A stretch of DNA of 63,961 nucleotides, the filler included, from Octopus bimaculoides (lineage: Eukaryota): NCBI RefSeq assembly GCF_001194135.2. It is 6 parts of 5 records of this genome, joined end to end, with 100 filler letters (N's around TTAATTAATTAA, not from the genome) between each part and the next. Parts side by side here need not be neighbours in the genome. Positions count along the whole stretch, not along the records: positions 51,429 to 54,277 come from NC_068996.1; positions 54,378 to 58,032 come from NC_068991.1; positions 58,133 to 61,749 come from NW_026392634.1; positions 61,850 to 63,961 come from NC_068984.1; 2 more parts are not named here. One strand, written 5' to 3'. The notes beneath the pieces are model-generated. The model saw only the letters and a list, made by a program, of their open reading frames with translations, was not told where the DNA came from and did not search any database. Within the stretch, counting starts at the first letter, position 1; each line of letters starts with the position of its first letter. The translations under genes and the position numbers were made by a program. This document shows, one piece after another, positions 52,731-63,961 of this stretch.

Positions 52731-53243
52731 CATGATACCTCCACCCTCAATTTTCAATGACAGGTGAGGGCCTGGAATCTTCCAAACAAGTGCATGACAT
52801 GTCGTTTAGTCGAATTAGCCTATCGTTTACTCTACAAATGTTTTGTCGGCAATGCTACACTTTCCCGTATCACATGTTCCAACATAACTGTAATACATAT
52901 ATATNNNNNNNNNNNNNNNNNNNNNNNNNNNNNNNNNNNNNNNNNNNNNNNNNNNNNNNNNNNNNNNNNNNNNNNNNNNNNNNNNNNNNNNNNNNNNNNN
53001 NNNNNNNNNNNNNNNNNNNNNNNNNNNNNNNNNNNNNNNNNNNNNNNNNNNNNNNNNNNNNNNNNNNNNNNNNNNNNNNNNNNNNNNNNNNNNNNNNNNN
53101 NNNNNNNNNNNNNNNNNNNNNNNNNNNNNNNNNNNNNNNNNNNNNNNNNNNNNNNNNNNNNNNNNNNNNNNNNNNNNNNNNNNNNNNNNNNNNNNNNNNN
53201 NNNNNNNNNNNNNNNNNNNNNNNNNNNNNNNNNNNNNNNNNNN

Positions 53244-53275
<32 letters not shown>

Positions 53276-54895
53276 TTGAAGAGGTACTCAGCATTGCATG
53301 GTTGTTAAATGTATAAACCTTTGTTATGTTTAACTAAGTTTTATGCAACAGGGTTTTATGTAAATATTTTTGCATTTAATTTTGTTGTAATATAAATTAT
53401 ATGTCTGAATTTGAACTTTTCAAGGTTCTTTGGTGTGTGAAGCTCTTTTTTTTTTCTCTGTTGATTTTAATTTTACGATTTTAGGAAATATCTTTTTAAT
53501 GTTTTTCATTATACATTTTCTTATAATTCTAATTCATATTGAACACATGAAAAAAAAGGACATAATTTTAACAGAAAGCTGATTTATTCAGCTAGAGCTA
53601 TTGGAGAAAGTGTTTCTTGTTCTACGGTTTCGTACTTTGATTAGAGGATATCCACTTGTCACAACATGTATGCATACATTTACCGTGAAAAAAATATTGA
53701 TTTGACAGTTCAATCTTAGAGGATGGCCTCTCAAACTTCATGATGGCCACAGAAGACATGGGACCTGGAAACTGAAAGGGGCCTTCAATTTGAAGTGAAG
53801 TGGCTTATTTGATGAGATATCGGAAAGCATGGAATGAAAGCATCTTTTTCTTTGGTACATCAAGTTATATGATGGTTTCCATATTATGAGACATAAAAAC
53901 TTGACAAATGTACTGTTATAAATGTTTGGAACATCAAAATTTTATAGCAACATAATGGTTGGTTTTACTTTCTATTGCAGATTATGAGAAGAAACAGTAG
54001 TGGATTGATGTTAGCCAATGTGAAGTTTGAGAAGATGCATGTTGAACGAAAATAGCATTAATATTCTGCACAAGCTCATTTGGAAAAGGTGAAGTTAGGA
54101 TGATACGTAAACAAATTTATCCATGAATTATCTGAGAATGAAATTTGGATCTTCTACTCCCAACATTCGACTCACACTTTTCGAAAAATTCTAATTTTAT
54201 ATGTCACAGTTTTGGGGGCTACCAACAAATGGAACTCCAGACGTTCCAGTCAATATATATATATATATATATATATANNNNNNNNNNNNNNNNNNNNNNN
54301 NNNNNNNNNNNNNNNNNNNNNTTAATTAATTAANNNNNNNNNNNNNNNNNNNNNNNNNNNNNNNNNNNNNNNNNNNNTATATATATATATAGGTCTCTGT
54401 CCTTCTGTCTGTCAATCTGTTTGTCTGTCTTTCTGTCTGTCTGTTTGTCTTTCTCTCTCTCTCTTATCATATATTCGATGGATATTCAAACAATTTAGGT
54501 TTGCCCAATGTGAGGCGTGTGATTGAATTGAAACAAAAGTAATGGGATAGGAAACTCAAACTCTTCAGTACATTATTCATCAATTTATTCACATTACAGA
54601 TTTGCGTTTCAGCAGGGGAACAAAATTAAGCAAAATGAGGTTAATGTAACAATCAGCCTCTTGTATGTATGTGTGTGTGGGTCGGGGGTGGCAGGCATTC
54701 ACAGTTACATATCTGTGAATCTAGGCAAGAAATCTTAACAGTGCACTATATTGTCTCGCTTAAAAGCAGTTAGCCACTCTGGCCACGCTTAGAGGAATAT
54801 GTAAAAAGGAGTTGGTCAAATTAAAATAAGGGTTATGTTGGGACCTAAGAGTGCAATATTTTCATAGTAGGTGAACACATACCCACAAGCACTCA

Positions 54896-54961
<66 letters not shown>

Positions 54962-55019
54962 CTTTATTCTATGCATGTATAAGTGTGTGTTGGCGTGCGC
55001 GCGCGTATGTGTGTTTAGG

Positions 55020-55580
55020 TGCAGTCGTGGTAGTGTTGTAACAAGCTTACTTCCCAACCACATAATTCCGGCTTCAGTCTCACTGTGTGACACCTTGGAC
55101 AAGTATCTTCTACAATAGCCTCGTGCCGACCAAAGCCTTGTGAGGGGATTTGGTAGACGGAAACTGAAAGAAGCCCGTCGTATATATAGATGTATATATT
55201 TATGTGAGTGTGTCTTTGTGTCTGTGTGTGTCCCCATCATCGGTTGGCAACCGAAGTTGATGTGTTTACGTCCACGTAACTTAGACGTTCGGCAAAAAAG
55301 ACTGATGATAAAATAAGTTTCAAGTTAAGATCTGGAGTCGATTTGTTCAACTAAAACCCTTTAAGGCATTGCTCCAGCATGGTCACAGTCTCTTATTCTT
55401 TTACTTGTTTCAATCATTTGACTGCTGCCACGCTGAAGCACCGCCTTGAAGGCTTTTAGTCAAACAAATCAACCCCAGAACCTATTTTATAAAAAGCCTG
55501 GTATTTATTTTATTGCTCGCTTTAACCGAACCGTTAGGTTGCAGGGTCGTAAGCACATCAACACAACAATACCGGTTGTC
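55020..55580. mobile_element. SINE family B full copy (+, about 55020-55390) abutting a minus-strand copy tail-to-tail (about 55395-55580)
   Basis: The tail GCTCCAGCATGGTCACAGTC is followed directly by the reverse-complement tail TCTTTTACTTGTTTCAATCATTTGACTGC. Confidence 0.85.
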
Positions 55581-56574
55581 CACTCATAAGTCGTAGCTTT
55601 TGTATTCGTTTGAACGCGAATGGCTACAGAAAATAGTGAAAAGTAGAATTCAGAACAACTGGAATATATACACAAGGCTATCAAAAAACAGAGAAGCATT
55701 ATACGTTTAACCTTCTCCCCCACTGCTCTTCTCTCTTTCTTTTTCTTTCTTTCCTTCTCTCTTTTGTCTTTCTTCCTTTCCTCCTTTCTTTCTTTGTCTC
55801 CCTCTCTTTCTCATGCGCGCGCACACACACACGCACGCACACACACACACACAAACGCACACACAAACACACACTCGGAGTTATATTTAAATTACGATGT
55901 TGAAATAAGGTAGTTTATGCATTAACTGAAGCAAAATAGTATTTATCATACTTGTGTGAGGGGTGCGTGTACGTATGGATCTCTCTCTCTCTCTCCCTCT
56001 GTCTATATCTATATCTATATCTATCTATATATATATATACGAACACACACATCTGTGTGTGTAAGTGTGTATGTGTGTGTGAATAAGTTCCTGATTGTGC
56101 GTATGCAGAAACAAAATCAAAGGCTATATTGAAATATACCGTCTCGCTATAGATTTGTTACTGGTACGTATCACATCGATTGTATGAAGAACAGGAAGCA
56201 AACGGATTGAAATACATATATAGTATTCTGTGTCGTTAATATGTATATAAAAGCACAGAAAATTTCAGTTCCGCACAGATTCGAGCAGCGAATTATTCAA
56301 ATCCAAAATCACACATCTACGCATTGACTACAGAGTGGCTCTCATAGTCTCGGACCAATCAAAAGAAACCTAACAGAAACAGATGTTGCAGACATGACTC
56401 AATCTTTCGCCAAACGTTCTAAATTAAAACTCATCTCATTGTTTACTGATCATTACACCTAAACAACTACTTACACGGACCTATTCATTCATTTATATTA
56501 CTATTAAACCGTTGATATCATGCAATTTGATACCCCACTGCACTTTCTCTCTCAGACACAGACATATTGTATAC

Positions 56575-56649
<75 letters not shown>

Positions 56650-57990
56650 GCTGTTGACGATATTTTTAAATTGCCTTCTTTAATCTCGTTTCAGAATTGC
56701 TTTTTCTTTTTTTATCATTTGTACATTTTGTGCAATCATGTGAATCCAATAGAAACGCAACCTTATCAATTGGAAAATTCTATGTAATTCAAATATATGA
56801 AGTAGATATTTGCGCAGACGTTTTCTCTCAATCTGTGCTATTTCCTTTCTCTCATTCTCTCCTTCTCTCACTCTCTCTTTCTCTCACTCTCTCTTTCTCT
56901 CACTCTCTCTTTCTCTCACTCTCTGTCTCTCTGTCTCTGTCTTTCTGTTTCTTTCTCCCTCTTTCACACTCTTTTACTGGAAATATGAGGGTGCAATTGA
57001 AACTCATTTTTAAAGAAAAGTAAACATTTAATCTATTTACATTAATATTTCGAGCATAAAATCTCATATTCATGAGGAAAAAATCAAAGTAGTGATACTA
57101 GCAAAATTGAAACAATTTTAATATTGAGAATACATCAGAACTTCAAGTAGGTTATATAACCAATAATAAACACGCACACATAACCAACAATGTCTAGAAA
57201 CTATACCCAGGTCTTTATTTCATGGTAGATGTCAATATAATAATTATAGTGNNNNNNNNNNTATATTGCCTGTTGCCAAATAAATAAGGTACTATTCGTC
57301 AGAGTTTGTGTAGTGCACTGAAATCTACTACATGCCACTTGACTGTTATATCACATTGTAAAATATTTTTATGTTTGTACTTCACCTCATACCTCTGCCA
57401 GGGTTAATTAAATCAACATTTTTCAGAATTGCGAATGATTATCGTAATATCTATAGGGTTTTGACAAAAATTACATAATTTGGAGCAAGATATCTGACTA
57501 GTTTAACCAATTAGTACACATATCTAATTAGTGTAACCAAACTCAGTAGTAGAATTGTGGTATTACGGATCAGTACGTGAACACTTGATCTGCAATAAAT
57601 AGTACTTTATGTATCTGTCAAATCCTTCCATGCTGCTTTTAAAAAGGGATATATCTGATGTGATCCTAACCTAGCTGCACATAGGAAAAAAGAACAGCAT
57701 ATTCATGGCTGCAATGTATTTGGTAATAAGATTGTACACTCAGTTTTATGGGGTCGCTTTATCGGCTATAAATTGTATTCAAGTCTCTTTTACGTCAAAT
57801 CTAGTCATCTTGGATAAAAGGTGCAATGTTATCTAAAACGGAATGCAATTGGCTGGAATGCCTTTGAGCATAACCCTACTCAATTATTGCTGATCTCGAG
57901 ATAATTAACATCAAGGATTAGTTCAAATTTCCTTAGAAAATAAATAAAATTAATCGAATACAGTTATCTCAGAACGTAAGGACACACACA

Positions 57991-58032
<42 letters not shown>

Positions 58033-58693
58033 NNNNNNNNNNNNNNNNNNNNNNNNNNNNNNNNNNNNNNNNNNNNTTAATTAATTAANNNNNNNNNNNN
58101 NNNNNNNNNNNNNNNNNNNNNNNNNNNNNNNNTATATATATATATATATATATATATAGGTGTGTGTGTGCATGTTCATGTAGAGAGAGAGAGAGTGATA
58201 GAGAAATAGAGAGACGTCCATGTATACATACATATTTATATCTGCATTTTTTTATTTCAAGTATGTGTGTGATTGTTCCTCTGCATGTGTGTGCACGAGT
58301 GTGCCTGTGTTTGTGTGTGTGTGGTTCATGGTATAAATACATAAATATGGCAAAGAGTCAGCTAGTTTAATCGATAAAAAAATTATCGATTTACAGAAAA
58401 TATCTTCCCATTGGGTCAGTGTTTTTTTGCGAAATATCATTGATAGGTTTACTGAAAAATGGCCGATAGGGTTCTCTGCATGTATGGGCCGAGAGACATA
58501 AGCATACACATATATACACGCGATAAGCATGCTCATATTCACATGAATACAAATAGCAAGACAGATATCAATATATATGTATCACATGTACATACGTATT
58601 TATAACAGTCATATATGCAGATACATATATTGCTCTATATATATGAACATTAACATATATATTTATATATATATGCATATATTTATACATATA

Positions 58694-58799
<106 letters not shown>

Positions 58800-58919
58800 T
58801 GTATATACATATATATATGTATATATACATATGTGTGTATACGTATGTATATATATATTTATATGTGTGTATACACACACACACACATATATATATGAAT
58901 ACATATATATAAATATATG

Positions 58920-58976
<57 letters not shown>

Positions 58977-59551
58977 NNNNNNNNNNNNNNNNNNNNNNNN
59001 NNNNNNNNNNNNNNNNNNNNNNNNNNNNNNNNNNNNNNNNNNNNNNNNNNNNNNNNNNNNNNNNNNNNNNNNNNNNNNNNNNNNNNNNNNNNNNNNNNNN
59101 NNNNNNNNNNNNNNNNNNNNNNNNNNNNNNNNNNNNNNNNNNNNNNNNNNNNNNNNNNNNNNNNNNNNNNNNNNNNNNNNNNNNNNNNNNNNNNNNNNNN
59201 NNNNNNNNNNNNNNNNNNNNNNNNNNNNNNNNNNNNNNNNNNNNNNNNNNNNNNNNNNNNNNNNNNNNNNNNNNNNNNNNNNNNNNNNNNNNNNNNNNNN
59301 NNNNNNNNNNNNNNNNNNNNNNNNNNNNNNNNNNNNNNNNNNNNNNNNNNNNNNNNNNNNNNNNNNNNNNNNNNNNNNNNNNNNNNNNNNNNNNNNNNNN
59401 NNNNNNNNNNNNNNNNNNNNNNNNNNNNNNNNNNNNNNNNNNNNNNNNNNNNNNNNNNNNNNNNNNNNNNNNNNNNNNNNNNNNNNNNNNNNNNNNNNNN
59501 NNNNNNNNNNNNNNNNNNNNNNNNNNNNNNNNNNNNNNNNNNNNNNNNNNN

Positions 59552-59582
<31 letters not shown>

Positions 59583-61103
59583 ATGTGTATGTATTATACA
59601 CACACACACACACACACACATAGAGAGTGAGTGAGCGTATGTGTGTGTATAAGGGAATAACTGTGACGGTATGTTTCCATAGGTAACAGAAACCGGTGAT
59701 GGGTATATATGTGTGGGGGCTGCGTGTGTATATGTGTAACAGAATTCTGTGATGGGTGTGTATGTGTGTGTGTGTGTATACGTAGATATAAAGCATGTGT
59801 GTGCGTGTGTGTATGAATGTGTGTCGAGATACACGGAGAGATCACATAGATCACACAGACGCCATTACACCCACGTCCATGTAGGCTTACATGTCCATAC
59901 ACACATTCACACACATGTTCACACTCATACTGTCACACACACACACACACATACACGCCTATATATTTATCTAAATGGTTTGTTGGATGTATTTTTAAAA
60001 AATGGAGCCTCTCTTGTGTCTGATTACCACAAACCTGTTCGTCCTGTGTTTCATCCCACAATGAGTAGGCAAATACGAAGGTGAATATCTGTGCGTATGT
60101 ATNNNNNNNNNNNNNNNNNNNNNNNNNNNNNNNNNNNNNNNNNNNNNNNNNNNNNNNNNNNNNNNNNNNNNNNNNNNNNNNNNNNNNNNNNNNNNNNNNN
60201 NNNNNNNNNNNNNNNNNNNNNNNNNNNNNNNNNNNNNNNNNNNNNNNNNNNNNNNNNNNNNNNNNNNNNNNNNNNNNNNNNNNNNNNNNNNNNNNNNNNN
60301 NNNNNNNNNNNNNNNNNNNNNNNNNNNNNNNNNNNNNNNNNNNNNNNNNNNNNNNNNNNNNNNNNNNNNNNNNNNNNNNNNNNNNNNNNNNNNNNNNNNN
60401 NNNNNNNNNNNNNNNNNNNNNNNNNNNNNNNNNNNNNNNNNNNNNNNNNNNNNNNNNNNNNNNNNNNNNNNNNNNNNNNNNNNNNNNNNNNNNNNNNNNN
60501 NNNNNNNNNNNNNNNNNNNNNNNNNNNNNNNNNNNNNNNNNNNNNNNNNNNNNNNNNNNNNNNNNNNNNNNNNNNNNNNNNNNNNNNNNNNNNNNNNNNN
60601 NNNNNNNNNNNNNNNNNNNNNNNNNNNNNNNNNNNNNNNNNNNNNNNNNNNNNNNNNNNNNNNNNNNNNNNNNNNNNNNNNNNNNNNNNNNNNNNNNNNN
60701 NNNNNNNNNNNNNNNNNNNNNNNNNNNNNNNNNNNNNNNNNNNNNNNNNNNNNNNNNNNNNNNNNNNNNNNNNNNNNNNNNNNNNNNNNNNNNNNNNNNN
60801 NNNNNNNNNNNNNNNNNNNNNNNNNNNNNNNNNNNNNNNNNNNNNNNNNNNNNNNNNNNNNNNNNNNNNNNNNNNNNNNNNNNNNNNNNNNNNNNNNNNN
60901 NNNNNNNNNNNNNNNNNNNNNNNNNNNNNNNNNNNNNNNNNNNNNNNNNNNNNNNNNNNNNNNNNNNNNNNNNNNNNNNNNNNNNNNNNNNNNNNNNNNN
61001 NNNNNNNNNNNNNNNNNNNNNNNNNNNNNNNNNNNNNNNNNNNNNNNNNNNNNNNNNNNNNNNNNNNNNNNNNNNNNNNNNNNNNNNNNNNNNNNNNNCT
61101 CTC

Positions 61104-61151
<48 letters not shown>

Positions 61152-61849
61152 CATACATATATATATATATAAACATGCATACACACACATACATACATAC
61201 ATACATACATATATACATACATGCACACATACACATATATATACATCAATGGTGTTATATCTAAAGACTTCGTGCTTACCTATGTTTATACCATCTATAG
61301 ACATGTTCTATACAATATTCGAACATTGGAACAAGACTCAGCTAATATATCTACCCATCTATCTACCTATCAATCTATCTGCCTAAATATCAACAAAACG
61401 AAACGAAGTTTTGAATCTGCTGCTAAGAGTGCACTACATAGGCCAAGTGGAAAATCCGGTTTCTTGGAGCCCTTATTAATGGTTACTTTCTAAGCCGCGT
61501 ACCCAGGAACAATTTAACATCACGCTCAGTCGTTAATGGCGACGCAAAAAAGTTTTGAATGGAGTCCAATTCATCTCGTTTTGGTTCTCTTTGTAACTAA
61601 TGGGATATCGTTTATGAAGACAGTGATGCATATCTGAATATCACGTATAGTTTTCATTTGGTAATGTATAGAGGTATTGTATTGTCGTGTGTAATATAAA
61701 TATATGCATACATACACACACGTATATATATATATATATATATATATATNNNNNNNNNNNNNNNNNNNNNNNNNNNNNNNNNNNNNNNNNNNNTTAATTA
61801 ATTAANNNNNNNNNNNNNNNNNNNNNNNNNNNNNNNNNNNNNNNNNNNN

Positions 61850-61902
<53 letters not shown>

Positions 61903-62435
61903 TTGTTGTTGTTATTGCCGTTGTTGCTATTTCTCTCCTTTTCAATCGAAAGAATTTCCTCCGATTCTTAAAAGGTTTTCTAAAGATTTCTCCTGCAGTT
62001 TTCGCGCCTCTCCACCACCCTCCACCCTTTACTCTCCCCCCTTCCCAATTCTCTAACACTCCGTTCCAACCGACCTCTCCCCCCCCCACACCATACCTCT
62101 TCATTCTTCCTTTTCCTTCCTTTGCTCCATCCCATTATATTTCCTCCTCCTCCCCCTACTCCTCCTCCTCTTCCTCCTCTTCCTCCTCCCTCTACCCACT
62201 GCCCCTCCAATGCTGCCAGTCATGTCCATTAAAAATGTCTGCATTGTTAATTATGTGAGTTCAAATCGCCAATTCTGACCTCGAATTTCCATTTCATCAC
62301 AGCCTTTATATAAGTCTGTCTGTGTGTCTCACTGTTTGTATGTCTGTTTGTCTGTCTGTCTGTCTTTCTGTCTCGGTGTGTATCTCTGTACTGTTTGCCT
62401 TTATGTATCTATCTATCCATACACATACATACATG

Positions 62436-62467
<32 letters not shown>

Positions 62468-63659
62468 TATATATGTATGTATGTATATATATATATGTAT
62501 ACGTAAATATATATATATANNNNNNNNNNNNNNNNNNNNNNNNNNNNNNNNNNNNNNNNNNNNNNNNNNNNNNNNNNNNNNNNNNNNNNNNNNNNNNNNN
62601 NNNNNNNNNNNNNNNNNNNNNNNNNNNNNNNNNNNNNNNNNNNNNNNNNNNNNNNNNNNNNNNNNNNNNNNNNNNNNNNNNNNNNNNNNNNNNNNNNNNN
62701 NNNNNNNNNNNNNNNNNNNNNNNNNNNNNNNNNNNNNNNNNNNNNNNNNNNNNNNNNNNNNNNNNNNNNNNNNNNNNNNNNNNNNNNNNNNNNNNNNNNN
62801 NNNNNNNNNNNNNNNNNNNNNNNNNNNNNNNNNNNNNNNNNNNNNNNNNNNNNNNNNNNNNNNNNNNNNNNNNNNNNNNNNNNNNNNNNNNNNNNNNNNN
62901 NNNNNNNNNNNNNNNNNNNNNNNNNNNNNNNNNNNNNNNNNNNNNNNNNNNNNNNNNNNNNNNNNNNNNNNNNNNNNNNNNNNNNNNNNNNNNNNNNNNN
63001 NNNNNNNNNNNNNNNNNNNNNNNNNNNNNNNNNNNNNNNNNNNNNNNNNNNNNNNNNNNNNNNNNNNNNNNNTATATTCAAGGTGAATATGGTATTTAAG
63101 TTTAGGCACCAGAATTTAGTATGGTATTATCCATACAATTTCAAAATAAGGTGATTAGAATCAAAATAAGCAACAAGGTTATCCAAAGTTAATGCAGTAC
63201 GATCGTTTCATGCGACTCCACTTATTTAAGCAATGTGAACATTACATCAAATGTAAAATGCAGAGCAATCCTCAGCTGCACGAAGATATGGAAATTTACT
63301 GAAATTACATTTCAACAAAGGACTTATTTTTGTAACTACATTTAAACTCTTCAAGTAGAAAAGAAGAATACAAAAAGCCATTTTGACTTAGCCAGACCAT
63401 ACAGGCTATTGAATAATTCTAAGCAAATTATTAACTGTCACTGATTTTATTTGTTTTTTTCAGGGTCGATAAATTAAGTACCAGGGTCGATAAATTAAGT
63501 ACTGGGTTAGATGTAATCGAGTTACATCCTCTCCCGACATTGCTGGCCTTGTGTGAAAATTTGAAACCGATATTCTTGTTTTTGCATAGCCGAGGGTTAA
63601 ACCTTATCGGGGACACCTTACTGAATGCATTTCCAATACGTCTTTCGATATCCACATAT

Positions 63660-63870
63660 TCTTTTATTATTTTACTTGTTTCAGTTATTTGACTGCGGCC
63701 ATGCTGGAGCACCGCCTTTTGTCGAATAAATCGACCTCAGGACTTATTCCTTGTAAGCCTAGTACTTATTCTCTTTTGCCGGACCGCTAAATTACGGGGA
63801 CGCAAACACACCAACATCGGTTGTCAAGCGATGATGGGAGCATAAACACAGACACAAATACACACAGCAA
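63660..63870 (-). mobile_element. SINE family B tail half
   Basis: TTTTACTTGTTTCAGTTATTTGACTGCGGCCATGCTGGAGCACCGCC and following sequence. Confidence 0.85.
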
Positions 63871-63961
63871 AAATAAATATGTGCGCGTGCGCGCATTTTC
63901 CTTTTCCGATTCCTACGGAGAGAGCTCGGAACGTCCCGGATCTGAATGTTCAAACCCCACC

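Noticed and set aside
53962-54090. Strong-looking splice acceptor followed by a 108-bp candidate exon
   Set aside because: All three frames contain stops, the donor is weak, and no partner exons were identified.

Overview
Eukaryotic, repeat-dominated scaffold window with roughly 9 kb of N gaps. The repeat families and microsatellite style suggest an Octopus short-read assembly; this is inferred from recalled families, not a database hit. No host protein-coding gene, tRNA, rRNA or CRISPR array is supported, and almost all ORFs in the track are microsatellite or N artefacts. The window holds decayed retrotransposons (R4/Dong-clade RLE LINEs, RTE LINEs, a Penelope-like RT/GIY-YIG fragment) and three tRNA-headed SINE families. 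It also holds DNA transposons: DD34D mariner, DD37D maT, hAT, piggyBac-like and Tigger-like MITEs, and a Helitron PIF1 helicase fragment. The most interesting signal, not shown by the ORF track, is a set of minimal type I hammerhead-ribozyme motifs from up to five unrelated repeat families. One ~190-bp (AAT)n-associated family occurs as a head-to-tail tandem with 262 nt between predicted cleavage sites, the layout expected for dimeric self-cleavage and retrozyme-like RNAs. Several long inverted repeats and nested insertions are also present. All RNA structures were derived by eye and none is shown to be active.
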